From contig JBKHFD010000001.1 of the NCBI GenBank assembly GCA_046540355.1, forward strand, positions 19,800 to 83,799: a stretch of 64,000 nucleotides of DNA, given 5' to 3'. Numbering within the stretch: the stretch's first letter is position 1; each line of letters starts with the position of its first letter. The translations under genes and the position numbers were made by a program. Below are positions 8,409-18,598 of this stretch, piece after piece. The DNA comes from Desulfobacterales bacterium. GTDB lineage: Bacteria > Desulfobacterota > Desulfobacteria > Desulfobacterales > Desulfosalsimonadaceae. The notes beneath the pieces are model-generated. The model did no database searches and was not told the origin of the DNA. It saw nothing but the letters and a program-made list of their open reading frames with translations.

Positions 8409-10928
8409 ATGCCGCAGCCTGAAAACGCTATTTATCCGGTATCATACCGGATCACCATAGAGCCGGACCTTGACCGCTGTGATTTTAAAGGCAGCGCCGG
8501 CCTGATCCTGAAAGCGCAAAAGCCCGTCGCCAGGATTGAGCTAAACGCTCTGGAACTTGCGATTATGCGCTGTGAATACAAATCATCGCGCAACAACTGG
8601 ACCACATCCGGATTTACGGTAAACCCGGAAACAGAAACCCTTGAAATACATCTGCCCGGGGAAGCCGATGGCGAAATCGAAATCCGGATCCATTACTACG
8701 GCAGAATAAATGACAAAATGGCAGGCTTTTACAGGAGCACCGTTAAAACCGAAGAAGGCTCCGAGACCTTAGCCGTGACCCAGTTCCAGGAAAGCGATGC
8801 CAGGCGAGCGTTTCCGTGCATGGATCATCCCGGGTTAAAGGCCGAATTTGAACTAAGCCTTGTAATAGACAAAAGCCTGACAGCCGTAAGCAATATGCCT
8901 GTTGACTCGGAAACCGCAGACCGGGACGGCAAAAAGCGGGTAACCTTTCAAAAGACTCCGCCCATGTCCACTTATCTGCTGTTTTTCGGCACGGGCAGAT
9001 TCAGCTTTATCACGGATGAATTAGACAGGCGTGTCAGGGCGGCTGTGGTCACGGGCATGGAAGACGGCATTCACTACAGCCTTTCCTTTGCAAGAAAGGC
9101 CCTGCACTATTGCGAAAAATACTTCCGCATTCCCTACCCCCTGCCCAAGCTCGACCTGATAGCAGTACCCGACTTTGCCTTCGGAGCAATGGAGAACTGG
9201 GGCGCCATAACATTCAGGGAAAATCTTGTGAGATATGATCCCAAATACACCTCCGGGGAAAGCGAAGAAAGAATCTGCGAAGTAATAGCGCATGAGACAG
9301 TGCATCAATGGTTCGGCAACCTGGTCTCCCCGGCGGACTGGAAGTATCTGTGGCTCAATGAAAGCTTTGCCACCTTTTTCGGCTATGAGGTGGTAAATTC
9401 CTATCATCCAGACTGGCAGACATGGCACGAATTTCTCGAATCCCAGACCGGCTCTGCTTTAAGCCGCGACGGGCTTACTGATACAAGCGCCATTGAGATC
9501 AGGGGAGGCGATCATGTGGTTATAAACAGCTCCACCGCCCCTGTTATATACAGCAAGGGCGGGAGTATTCTGCGACAGATAAAAAATTATGTAGGAGATG
9601 AAGGCTTCAGGGCTGCATTAAGCGGCTTCCTGGAGAAACACGCATACAGTTGCGCATCAAGCAATGATCTCTGGGCAGCCATGGAGGAAAAATCCGGGAA
9701 GCCCATAGAAAATATAATGAAGGAATGGATCACCCTTGCCGGTCATCCCATTGTATTTGCCCAACGCAGGCATAACACCCTTCTGCTGTCCCAGCAGCGG
9801 TTCACTTACCTGCCTTCCGGCTCATCCGATACCCGGGTATGGCCGATTCCTTTAAGCATCCGCCTTTATAACAAAAAAGGAGAAAGCCGGGAAAAGACCT
9901 TCATATTTGATGCCAGGGAAGAGCGGGTCGAGCTTGATGAGGATGTGGAAGCCTATAAGGTCAATGATATGCAGTCGGGATTCTACAGGGTCATGTACAT
10001 GGACAACGGCAACCTTGAGCACCTGGAGGAGATGACCAGAAACCGCACCCTGCCTGAAGCAGACAGGTGGGGATTGGAAAACGACATGTTCGCCCTGGCC
10101 TTATCAGAGAGGATCAGCCTTTCCGGATACCTGAAGCATCTTACATGTTGCGAAACCGAATCCGCCCCTCTGCCCGTATCAGGCAAACTGAATCATCTGC
10201 ACACCCTGTTGCTGATAACCGAAGGAAAAGCCCGCCAGGCCGTATCAGCCGCTGCAACAATACACCTGTCTGCGGCCCTTAACAGGCTGAGCCCCGAGCC
10301 TGCGGCAGATGAACCCCACGGAATAACAAGACTGAAAAATCTCCTGCTCTGGCAGGCGGCAATTTTTGAAATATCCGGGACGGTTGAAACCGCGCTTGTG
10401 CGTTTTAAAGAACTCACTGAGGATAAAGACATCCACCCCGACATAATTCGGGGCGTAATGCAGGCCGCGGCCTGGACAGGGGATGAAAAAACCTTTCAAT
10501 GGCTTATCCGGAGAATTGAAACTTCGACATCGGAACATGACCGGCTAAACTGCCTGAGGGCCCTGGGGTGTTTTTCAGATCAAAAACTTGTAAAAAAGGC
10601 CCTGTCCTATGTTACCGAAAGTGTGCCTGATAGAAACAAATTTGTGCCGGTGGCCCAGATGGCGACAAACCCGGCGGCGGTGCCCTGTTTGTGGGACTGG
10701 TATAAGGACAGCACAGAAGCGTTTCGTCCCCTGCACCCCATTATCCACGAGCGTATTATCTCCTCGGTGGTCCCTGTGGGCGGATTGGTGAAACCAGAAG
10801 AAGTGATTGCCTATTTTGAAGCATATCTTAAAAAAAATCCCCCGGCTGCTGACACGGTACGAATGAGCCTTGAAAAACTCGATATAAATCACAGGTTCAG
10901 GAGCCGATCTGCCGCGGATTTCTCCTGA
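8409..10928 (+). CDS. M1 family aminopeptidase with ERAP1-like C-terminal domain
   Basis: TQFQESDARRAFPC, GAMENWG, HETVHQWFGNLV-x-WLNES (HEXXH-x18-E), YSKG. Confidence 0.95.
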   Translation: MPQPENAIYPVSYRITIEPDLDRCDFKGSAGLILKAQKPVARIELNALELAIMRCEYKSSRNNWTTSGFTVNPETETLEIHLPGEADGEIEIRIHYYGRINDKMAGFYRSTVKTEEGSETLAVTQFQESDARRAFPCMDHPGLKAEFELSLVIDKSLTAVSNMPVDSETADRDGKKRVTFQKTPPMSTYLLFFGTGRFSFITDELDRRVRAAVVTGMEDGIHYSLSFARKALHYCEKYFRIPYPLPKLDLIAVPDFAFGAMENWGAITFRENLVRYDPKYTSGESEERICEVIAHETVHQWFGNLVSPADWKYLWLNESFATFFGYEVVNSYHPDWQTWHEFLESQTGSALSRDGLTDTSAIEIRGGDHVVINSSTAPVIYSKGGSILRQIKNYVGDEGFRAALSGFLEKHAYSCASSNDLWAAMEEKSGKPIENIMKEWITLAGHPIVFAQRRHNTLLLSQQRFTYLPSGSSDTRVWPIPLSIRLYNKKGESREKTFIFDAREERVELDEDVEAYKVNDMQSGFYRVMYMDNGNLEHLEEMTRNRTLPEADRWGLENDMFALALSERISLSGYLKHLTCCETESAPLPVSGKLNHLHTLLLITEGKARQAVSAAATIHLSAALNRLSPEPAADEPHGITRLKNLLLWQAAIFEISGTVETALVRFKELTEDKDIHPDIIRGVMQAAAWTGDEKTFQWLIRRIETSTSEHDRLNCLRALGCFSDQKLVKKALSYVTESVPDRNKFVPVAQMATNPAAVPCLWDWYKDSTEAFRPLHPIIHERIISSVVPVGGLVKPEEVIAYFEAYLKKNPPAADTVRMSLEKLDINHRFRSRSAADFS

Positions 10929-13900
10929 GCCTGCCCAAAGCCCGGTGAACGTCTTCAAGGATTACATAACCGCAGGGAACCAGGAGCAGGGTTACAAAGG
11001 TTGCAAACAGGATGCCGAAGCCCAGGCTGATGGCCATGGGAATAAGAAACTTGGCCTGCAGGCTTTTTTCAAGCATCATGGGGGTCAGTCCCCCGAAAGT
11101 GGTAAGCGAGGTTAAAAGGACGGCCCGGAACCGAAGCTTTCCTCCCTCTGTTACAGCCTCCCTAATACCGAGGCCTTCCCCGCCCCTCAGTTCATTTATT
11201 CTGTGGACAAGTATCAGTGAATCATTTACCACCACACCGGCAAGCCCGACCATGCCCAGCAAGCTCATAACGGTAATATTGTAGCCAAGCAGCATGTGCC
11301 CCAGAACCGCGCCCATCATTCCGAAGGGTATGGCAAACATAACCACAAAAGGCTGGGAAAAGGATCTAAACGGTACAGCCAACAGCGCATAAATGCAAAA
11401 CAGGGCAACAATAAATCCCTTGCCCACATCCCCGAGCACCTGCTTCTGCTCCTGGCCTTCACCCTCGATTGTATAGCGAAGCCCCGGATATCTGCTTTTC
11501 ATCTCCGGCAGAATCCTGTCCACAAGATAATTGCGCACATCATTCGCATTGGTGGTGTCTTCATCGACATCGGCGGTTATCTTGATTACCCGCTGACGCC
11601 TGGCACGCTCTATGCTCGCATAGCCGCGCTCCATTTTTACTTCTGCCACCCTGGAAAAGGGCACCTCATGTCCTTCCGGCGTCCTAATCCGCATCTGCTC
11701 AACATTTCCAAGAGAGCGTCTTTCTTTCTCAGGATATCTTACCAGCACCTTGACCTCGTTTTTATCGCGCTGAAAGCGCAGGGCTTCAGCCCCGTAAAAT
11801 GCGCTTCTCACCTGTCTTGCAAGATCGTCGAGTTTTAAGCCAAGCTGGGCGGCTTCGGGCTTTAAATCAAACTGCATTTCCATCTTTCCGGGCAGAAAGC
11901 TGTCTGCAATATCATATACCCCGGAGAAGCTTTCCAGCTCGGCCTTGAGCTCATCGGCAGCATCAGGAAGAAGATCATGCTCATCCATTGACAAATGCAC
12001 TTCCACCGGGTTGCCCGCACTGTGAATCTCGCTCCTGAAAACCAGGGATTCGGCATCCGGAATTTCGCCGACTTTCCTGCGCCACAGGTCATTTAAAAAT
12101 GCCGAGCTGATCCCGCGCTCTTCGGCTTCCAGCAACTGCACAATCACATGGGCAAGATGCCCCCCGGAATCTCCCGCACCCCCATGGCCGCCGAACTGCA
12201 TGCCGATAACAGAAGCAGTATGCTCCAAAAGCGGGGAAGCAGAGTCGGGGCGCTTTTCATCCTCTTTGGAAAGCATTTTTTCCGCGGATCTCTCCACGTA
12301 CTCCACTACCTCTTCTGTTCTTTCCATGGGAGTTCCCGACGGCATGGTGATCATACACTGAAGAACATCGCCTTCAACCTTGGGAAAAAAGGTATACTGA
12401 ATCTTCCCGGATGCATAAAGTCCAAAAATAATAAAAAGCATTGCCATACCGGAGGCAACAGTGGCATAGCGCCACCGCATTACAAATTGCACGCATTTGT
12501 GATAAGGCTTTGCAACAATCCAGCCGAGAACGCGCGTCATAATCTTGGGCTTCTGTCTCCTGCCGGAAGCCCTGCTTCGTGCAAGGTGGCATGGAAGTAT
12601 CAGGAGCGATTCCACAAGCGAGCCTAAAAGTACCAGTATTACTACAACCGGAATATCGCGCATGAGTTTTCCCATGCTACCGCCCACGGCAAGCAAAGGG
12701 GCAAAAGCCACCATCGTGGTAAGCACGGAAAATATAACCGGCCGCCCAACCTGCAGGGAGCCCTCCACAGAGGCCTTCAGCCGTCCCAGACCTTCCTCCT
12801 GCCTGCGGAAAACGTTCTCTCCTACTATAATTGCATCATCAACCACGATTCCGAGCACCATGATAAAGGCGAACAAAGAGATCATGTTCAGGGAGACGCC
12901 GTAGTAGGGCAGCAGCATAAGGCCGAAAGCAAAGCTGATCGGGATGCCCAGTGTCACCCAGAAAGCAAGCCGGGCGTTTAAAAACAGACCGAGCAGAAGA
13001 CTTACCAGGATAAGCCCATAGAACATGTTCTTTGTCAGAAGCTGGATACGGCTTTTTAAAATAACAGACATATCCTGGTAGTAATCCATGTCAACGCCGT
13101 TTGGCAGTCCGACCCTTGCCTGCTCCACGTAATCGCGGACCTTTTCTGCAACTTCCAGGGCGCTCTGGTCCGCCACCCGGTATACGTTGATAATGGCCGC
13201 AGGCTTGCCCTGAAACCTGGCGGCCATGTCCACGTCTTCAAAACCCCCTCTCAGCTCGGCAATCTCGCCCAGGAGAACCGCAGTGCCGTCGGGCCTGGTG
13301 ATCACCGGTATATCCCGGAATTCGCCCGCGTAATAGCGTCTCCCCTTGGCCCGGATCAGCACCTCGCCCTCTTCGGCCTTAACACTGCCCGCGGGAAGAT
13401 CAAGACTGCTGCGGGAAACCGCATCAGCGACACTCCTTAAGGTCAGTCCGTATTTTCGAAGGTTCTTTTCCGGGATCTCTACGTGGATTTCACTGTCGCG
13501 CACCGCGGCAAGTTCTGCCTGAGTTATGCCCTCAATTCCCGTAAGATCGTCCTTTGCCTTCTGCACAAGGTGCTTAAGACTTGATTCGGGCACCTCCCCG
13601 TAAAAGCCTATGCTTATAACCTGAGTCCTTCTTGTTACTTCGCGGACTTCGGGCTCTTCGGCCTCTTCCGGCAGGGTTGTGATACGGTCCACCTCCGACT
13701 TGACATCATCTAGAAGGCGCTTTACGTCCCATCCTTTCATGGCCTCAACCGTGACGCTTCCGAGGCCTTCTCCTGCAACAGAGTCAATGCGTTCTATGCC
13801 CTCGATGCCGGCCACATTTTCCTCTACGCGCCGGATAATCCCCTCCTCCACTTCGGAGGGCGAGGCACCCGGGTATGCTACACTGATCCTGACCTTGTCC

Positions 13901-14028
13901 ATCTCTGTTTCAGGAAAAATCTCAAGCTTTATGTCGAGCGCTATCACGGCGCCGGCAACCAGTATAATCAGCATCAAAAGGTTTGCTGCCACGTGATTTT
14001 CCGCAAACCAGGAGATCACAGACCTCAT
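10897..14028 (-). CDS. RND efflux transporter permease (AcrB/AcrD/AcrF family)
   Basis: 1043 aa, two large periplasmic loops, GIVVDDAIIV, RFRAVLLTSLTT. Confidence 0.95.
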   Translation of the reverse strand: MRSVISWFAENHVAANLLMLIILVAGAVIALDIKLEIFPETEMDKVRISVAYPGASPSEVEEGIIRRVEENVAGIEGIERIDSVAGEGLGSVTVEAMKGWDVKRLLDDVKSEVDRITTLPEEAEEPEVREVTRRTQVISIGFYGEVPESSLKHLVQKAKDDLTGIEGITQAELAAVRDSEIHVEIPEKNLRKYGLTLRSVADAVSRSSLDLPAGSVKAEEGEVLIRAKGRRYYAGEFRDIPVITRPDGTAVLLGEIAELRGGFEDVDMAARFQGKPAAIINVYRVADQSALEVAEKVRDYVEQARVGLPNGVDMDYYQDMSVILKSRIQLLTKNMFYGLILVSLLLGLFLNARLAFWVTLGIPISFAFGLMLLPYYGVSLNMISLFAFIMVLGIVVDDAIIVGENVFRRQEEGLGRLKASVEGSLQVGRPVIFSVLTTMVAFAPLLAVGGSMGKLMRDIPVVVILVLLGSLVESLLILPCHLARSRASGRRQKPKIMTRVLGWIVAKPYHKCVQFVMRWRYATVASGMAMLFIIFGLYASGKIQYTFFPKVEGDVLQCMITMPSGTPMERTEEVVEYVERSAEKMLSKEDEKRPDSASPLLEHTASVIGMQFGGHGGAGDSGGHLAHVIVQLLEAEERGISSAFLNDLWRRKVGEIPDAESLVFRSEIHSAGNPVEVHLSMDEHDLLPDAADELKAELESFSGVYDIADSFLPGKMEMQFDLKPEAAQLGLKLDDLARQVRSAFYGAEALRFQRDKNEVKVLVRYPEKERRSLGNVEQMRIRTPEGHEVPFSRVAEVKMERGYASIERARRQRVIKITADVDEDTTNANDVRNYLVDRILPEMKSRYPGLRYTIEGEGQEQKQVLGDVGKGFIVALFCIYALLAVPFRSFSQPFVVMFAIPFGMMGAVLGHMLLGYNITVMSLLGMVGLAGVVVNDSLILVHRINELRGGEGLGIREAVTEGGKLRFRAVLLTSLTTFGGLTPMMLEKSLQAKFLIPMAISLGFGILFATFVTLLLVPCGYVILEDVHRALGRLRRNPRQIGS

Positions 14029-15200
14029 GAATCGTCTCCATGCCCTGTATTTACAGCCTTTACCTCCATGCCGTCGGTTACCCCCTTGACCGGGGAAACC
14101 GCCACAGATTCGCCGGTCTTGAGACCATGGCGGATCACGGCCCCCTGCCGGCCCATGTAGGCCACGTCAACGTTTCTGATATACAGCCTGCCGGAGTCAG
14201 GATCCACTGCCCATACGGTATTTTCTTCATGCACAGCGGCCCTTGGGATTATTGCGGCATCCCGGATGGTGCGGCCGGAAATCTCAACCTCTGCAAACTG
14301 GCCCGGGGCAAGCGGCGGAAGGGTTCCGTAAGGATCGGAAACTCTTATCACCACGTTTACCATGCGGGTTTTTTCATCTATTTTCCCCTGGACCCTTATC
14401 ACTTCGCCGGTCCAGCTACATTGTCTTCCCGCAACATCCGCGCATACCTCTACAGGCGAGCCTTTATCCTCCCTGGATGTAAAGCCCGGAATATCAATCC
14501 AGGCAAGGTCCCTGCTTTCCACCGGTACAACGATTTCGGCAGCCCCGGTTGAAAACACTGTAGCCAGTCCCTGCCCGGCGGACACGTACTGCCCCCGGTC
14601 AACCTGTTCTTCGCTGACCCTGCAGTCAAAAGGCGCATAAATTTTTGTGCGTTCAAGATTTAAGCGGGCTTTTTCCAGGTCCGCCTCCCTGGCCTCCCGG
14701 TTGGCAATGGCGGCCTGAAGCTGGGGTTTTTTGGCGACCAGATCAGGAGGATCAGTGCCGGGATTTAACTTTTCCCATTCTTTTACCGCTGCCCGGCTTT
14801 CTTCAAGAGCCGTCCGGTAGCTGCTTTCCGCCTCCCTGAGCCCGGCCCTGGCAAGAATGAGAGCAATTTCATAATCATCCGGTTCTATTTCCAGCATGAG
14901 CTCTCCCTTTTCAAAAGCCCCGCCGTTTACTAGTTTTTCGGATACGCGGGTGATTTTTCCGGACACCTGGGGCACAATCCGCGTCTCTGCCAAAGGACTC
15001 ACCGTGCCGTCCGCAGTTATCGTCATATCAATATCTTTTATTGAAACGGGCGCAATGCGAACAATCGGCAGGGCCTCCCCCCTTTGATGTCTCTGCGGAG
15101 CATCGCGGGTGGATTTTAACACATAAAATCCCGCAATTCCGGCTCCCAGAACAGCCAGGGCCGCCACAGCGTGAATGATAATCCTGCCGGGTCTATTCAT
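14025..15200 (-). CDS. RND efflux periplasmic adaptor (MFP)
   Basis: N-terminal anchor, PQVSGKI, L.RTKIYAPFD, IPRAAV. Start at 15200 chosen for GGAG spacing (15206 is the alternative). Confidence 0.92.
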   Translation of the reverse strand: MNRPGRIIIHAVAALAVLGAGIAGFYVLKSTRDAPQRHQRGEALPIVRIAPVSIKDIDMTITADGTVSPLAETRIVPQVSGKITRVSEKLVNGGAFEKGELMLEIEPDDYEIALILARAGLREAESSYRTALEESRAAVKEWEKLNPGTDPPDLVAKKPQLQAAIANREAREADLEKARLNLERTKIYAPFDCRVSEEQVDRGQYVSAGQGLATVFSTGAAEIVVPVESRDLAWIDIPGFTSREDKGSPVEVCADVAGRQCSWTGEVIRVQGKIDEKTRMVNVVIRVSDPYGTLPPLAPGQFAEVEISGRTIRDAAIIPRAAVHEENTVWAVDPDSGRLYIRNVDVAYMGRQGAVIRHGLKTGESVAVSPVKGVTDGMEVKAVNTGHGDDS

Positions 15201-16644
15201 GAGCATCTCCGTAAAGGTCCAAATTCCTGTCCCATCCGCCGCCCAAAGCCCTGTGCAGCTCTACGCGGTTCTCATAAATTCCATATTCAGCCCGCACCAG
15301 GTCCAGCTCTGCCTGAAAAAGACTTTTTCTGGCGTCAAGGGCATTTAAATAGCTGACAAGCCCCCTGCTATACCGATCCATGGCGGTTTCCAGGGTGGAT
15401 TCTGATTCCGAAACAAGCTCTTCAAGGCGGTCGCGGTGCTCTCTTAGCCGATGTCCTGCGAAAAGGGCGTCTTCCACCTCCGCAAAGGCGTTGAGCACTG
15501 TTTTTGCATATGATGCGGCCTGTTTTTCATACCTGGCACGGGCGGCTTCTTCTGCCGCAGCTCTTGCGCCCGCATCAAACAGCGGCTGGAGTCCGCCCGC
15601 GGCAATCCGGCCAAGTCTGTTCCCCGGTTCTAAAAGCGCGCTCAGCTCATCGCTGGTATACCCGAAACTGCCGGTAAGAGATATGCGCGGCAGTCGATTT
15701 GCCCTGGCAACCCCGATACGCGCGCATGCGGCTTCAAGGGAAGCCTCTGCAGCGCCTATATCCGGACGCCTGGCAAGCAGCTCTGAAGGCAGTCCAGGGG
15801 GGGCCGGAGGGAGAGGGGAAAATTCAATCTGATCCCCCTCTTTTAATTCCCTGCTTTCCGGATATTTACCCTGAAGAATGGAAAGCGAATGCAGGGCCGT
15901 GCCCCTTGACTCCAAAAGGGACGGAAGTTCAGCCTCCGCCCGTGCAAGGGCTCTTCTGGCCTGTCTCACATCAAGCGTTGAGGCAAGCCCCCTGCGATAG
16001 CGGTCCTCGACCAGCTCCAGGTTCTGTTCATGGCTTTTGACAAGGTCCCGGGTTATCCTGATCTGTAAGTCGAGAAGACGGATCCGCAGATAAAGATTCG
16101 CGGTCTCTGCAACCAGTGACTGCACAACGGTCCTTCTGTTTTCCTCGGCGGACAGGAGATCTGTTCGCGCAGCCTGACTTGCCCTGGCAAGACGTCCCCA
16201 CAGGTCAATCTCAAAAGAAGCAGGGACAGAAAGGCTGAAGGTGTCTGTTTCCACACTCACGGTCTCACCTGTACGAGGATCCTCCTGGTAGCTTCTCCGC
16301 CTGGATGCCTCTGCTTCGAGGTCAGCAGAAGGGAAACGATCCCCATCTGCCTGGCGCATGGCGGCCCTTGCCTCCATGACGCCCGCGGCCGCCTCTGCAA
16401 CATCCGGGTTATTTTTTACAGCGGCTTCAACCGCGCTGTTAAGCTCCGGCTCGCCAAAGGATTCCCACCATTTGTCTGCCGGCACGTAATCCGCGGTTTG
16501 ATCGTCTTGCGCCGAACGATATTGATCAGGAACCTTAAAAGCCGGATCAGGCCTTTTATAATCAGGGCCGACGCGCATACAGCCGGATGCCGCAAAAACA
16601 GCAGCTATTGCAAGGAGGATCATGCACAGGATCTTTTTCTTCAT
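15193..16644 (-). CDS. Outer membrane efflux lipoprotein (NodT/OprM family)
   Basis: Lipobox AASGC, VGPDYKRP, FEIDLWG, PSELLARRPDI, ALGGGW. Confidence 0.95.
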   Translation of the reverse strand: MKKKILCMILLAIAAVFAASGCMRVGPDYKRPDPAFKVPDQYRSAQDDQTADYVPADKWWESFGEPELNSAVEAAVKNNPDVAEAAAGVMEARAAMRQADGDRFPSADLEAEASRRRSYQEDPRTGETVSVETDTFSLSVPASFEIDLWGRLARASQAARTDLLSAEENRRTVVQSLVAETANLYLRIRLLDLQIRITRDLVKSHEQNLELVEDRYRRGLASTLDVRQARRALARAEAELPSLLESRGTALHSLSILQGKYPESRELKEGDQIEFSPLPPAPPGLPSELLARRPDIGAAEASLEAACARIGVARANRLPRISLTGSFGYTSDELSALLEPGNRLGRIAAGGLQPLFDAGARAAAEEAARARYEKQAASYAKTVLNAFAEVEDALFAGHRLREHRDRLEELVSESESTLETAMDRYSRGLVSYLNALDARKSLFQAELDLVRAEYGIYENRVELHRALGGGWDRNLDLYGDAHE

Positions 16645-17288
16645 TTCCCCTCCTCCCCGGCAAGGGCCCTTATGCCGTACATGGAAAAGTCGGTTATATG
16701 GGAAACCAACTCGGACTTGAATTTCCCGTCATAGATTTTACCTGTAATTCCTGATACAACCGACCGGGCAAGAAAAAAATACAGAGAAACCCCGATGATG
16801 CTCAATATATTGAGCTCAAGGCGCTGCCGGCTTACGCTGCTTTTAACCCGCGGTTCTATAAGCTCTGTGACCTGCCGGATAAAAGGGCGCATGACCTCTT
16901 CGACTATCATGTCAAGCGCCTCTCCGGGATCTGAAAGCTCCCGTTGCATGAGCTGAATATGTATGCGCCGCTCAGTGTCGGTTAAAGGGCCTTCAAGGAA
17001 AGCTTTTGCCATTGCCGAGACTACGTCTTCCAGGGACGGATTTTCATTGCCTTCCAGGGCCCGCATAAAAGCCAGCCTGATCCTGCCCCCACGTTTTGCC
17101 CACCGTTCCCGGAAGACAGCGAGATACAGCTTCTTCTTGCCACCGAAATGATAATTGACTGCAGCCAGGTTGCAGTCCGCCATTGCGGTGATTTCCCGAA
17201 TGCTTACACCGGTAAAGCCTTTTTCTGCAAAAAGCTTCTCTGCATGATCAAGCACCCTCTGCCGCGTATTTTCAGCATGATCCGACAA
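16641..17288 (-). CDS. TetR family regulator (CecR/YbiH-like)
   Basis: TRQRVLDHAEKLFAEKGF...NLAAVNYHFGGKKKLY HTH; first gene of the efflux operon. Confidence 0.92.
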   Translation of the reverse strand: MSDHAENTRQRVLDHAEKLFAEKGFTGVSIREITAMADCNLAAVNYHFGGKKKLYLAVFRERWAKRGGRIRLAFMRALEGNENPSLEDVVSAMAKAFLEGPLTDTERRIHIQLMQRELSDPGEALDMIVEEVMRPFIRQVTELIEPRVKSSVSRQRLELNILSIIGVSLYFFLARSVVSGITGKIYDGKFKSELVSHITDFSMYGIRALAGEEGK

Positions 17289-17330
17289 ATCAAACTCCCT
17301 GGGCCCTTATAAAACCGGGCGCGCAAAATT

Positions 17331-17366
17331 TCAAACATATGTATAAAACAAACGTTTGATTGTCAA
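17331..17366. promoter_or_regulatory. Inverted repeat TCAAAC-N17-GTTTGA next to a minus-strand TTGACA; likely TetR operator and promoter of the efflux operon
   Basis: TCAAAC at 17331-17336 and GTTTGA at 17354-17359; TGTCAA (TTGACA on the minus strand) at 17361-17366. Confidence 0.6.
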
Positions 17367-17397
17367 GTAAATAATTTCAATACCGCAGGCGGTGGCC

Positions 17398-17595
17398 ATG
17401 CGGACAAGGCGGGGAAGTCTTTGAGGGAGAATTGCATGAGGGCCGGTAAAGCATCTGCCGGCGGGCGGAGCCGTAGCGGCCGGCGCTGTCTGAGCGCACG
17501 ATAGTGCATGAGTTCGCCGGACGCGGCGAAGCACGCCGTGCAGATGCCAGGCCCGAATGCAGCGAACGAAAAGACTGCCCCGCCTTGGCCTGCAT
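17398..17595. repeat. ~200-nt GC-rich long imperfect palindrome (MITE/REP-like element or structured RNA)
   Basis: Terminal arms ATGC-GGACAAGGCGGGGAAGTCTT and AAGACTGCCCCGCCTTGGCCTGCAT. Nested pairs TTGCAT/ATGCAG, GGGCC/GGCCC, GCATCTGC/GCAGATGC, CGGCG/CGCCG, CCGGCG/CGCCGG. Apical hairpin GCAC-GATA-GTGC. Second partial copy at 2987-3041. Confidence 0.8.
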
Positions 17596-17702
17596 CCTGA
17601 TAATTTGTATGCGGACAAAGCAATTTTCTTGTATGAGGGGACAAGGATTGTTAGATAGAAGGATGTACTTAGGATGCAAACAGCGCGCAGGGGGAACGGA
17701 TT

Positions 17703-18569
17703 ATGAAGTTTAGCAAGTACCACGGGCTGGGAAACGATTATATCGTAATAAACCCGGAGGAATTCAAAGAGAAGCTTGATGAAAGAAAAATCAGGCTTAT
17801 ATGCCACAGAAACTGCGGGTTGGGATCAGACGGAATACTTTTGGGCCCCGTACCGGAGAAAAACGGCGGACTGTCCGTGCTTATTTATAATCCGGACGGA
17901 AGCGAGGCTGAAAAAAGCGGAAACGGGCTTCGCATTTTTGCCAGATACCTTTATGACCGCGGCCTGGTATCATCGGAAAAGCCTTTTAAGATTATGACCA
18001 GGGGTGGCGGGGTTACCGCAAAAGTCATGGACTCCGGGCGCACGGTTTCAGTGGAAATGGGAACCGTAAGCTTTGACAGCACACAGATAACCGTTGCAGG
18101 GGAAAAGCGGGAAGTTATAAACGAAATACTTGAAGCAGACGGGGAATCACTTACCTTCTGCGCGGCCACCATAGGAAATCCGCACTGCATTATCATACAA
18201 CCCGAAATCTCAGAGACTCAAACCCGCAGACTCGGGCCTTTAATCGAAACCCATCCCCTGTTTCCAAACCGCACCAACGTCCAGTTTGCTAAAATAATGG
18301 ACACACAGAACATGGCTGTGGAAATCTGGGAAAGAGGAGCGGGATATACCCTTGCTTCAGGCTCCAGCGCTTCTGCTTCTGCAGCCGTGGCCCGGAAACT
18401 CGGTTTATGCGGCAATGAAATTACTGTTCACATGCCGGGCGGAAAATTAGAAATCCGCATCCAGGACGATTATTCCGTTTTCATGACCGGTCCGGTCACG
18501 GGTATTGCCGAAGGTGCCATGCACCCCGACCTGCTTGAACAAAAGGAAATCACCCGGCAGACCCCGTAA
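17703..18569 (+). CDS. dapF: Diaminopimelate epimerase-like protein (Ser/Ser active-site variant)
   Basis: FSKYHGLGNDY, GSDGI, YNPDGSEAEKSGNG, IGNPHC, FPNRTNVQF, WERGAGYTLASGS, PGGKL, MTGP. Confidence 0.85.
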   Translation: MKFSKYHGLGNDYIVINPEEFKEKLDERKIRLICHRNCGLGSDGILLGPVPEKNGGLSVLIYNPDGSEAEKSGNGLRIFARYLYDRGLVSSEKPFKIMTRGGGVTAKVMDSGRTVSVEMGTVSFDSTQITVAGEKREVINEILEADGESLTFCAATIGNPHCIIIQPEISETQTRRLGPLIETHPLFPNRTNVQFAKIMDTQNMAVEIWERGAGYTLASGSSASASAAVARKLGLCGNEITVHMPGGKLEIRIQDDYSVFMTGPVTGIAEGAMHPDLLEQKEITRQTP

Positions 18570-18598
18570 TCTCAAAGCTGAAAAACAGGATACCACCC

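Noticed and set aside
17398-17595. 6S RNA interpretation of the long hairpin
   Set aside because: The length fits, but a second degenerate copy exists in the window, the internal loop is small, and the usual zapA/ygfA/rny context is absent. Not fully excluded without an Rfam scan.
17331-17807. Several overlapping ORFs (69-158 aa) in the tetR-dapF intergenic region
   Set aside because: They arise from the GC-rich palindrome and have no recognisable motif or convincing RBS.
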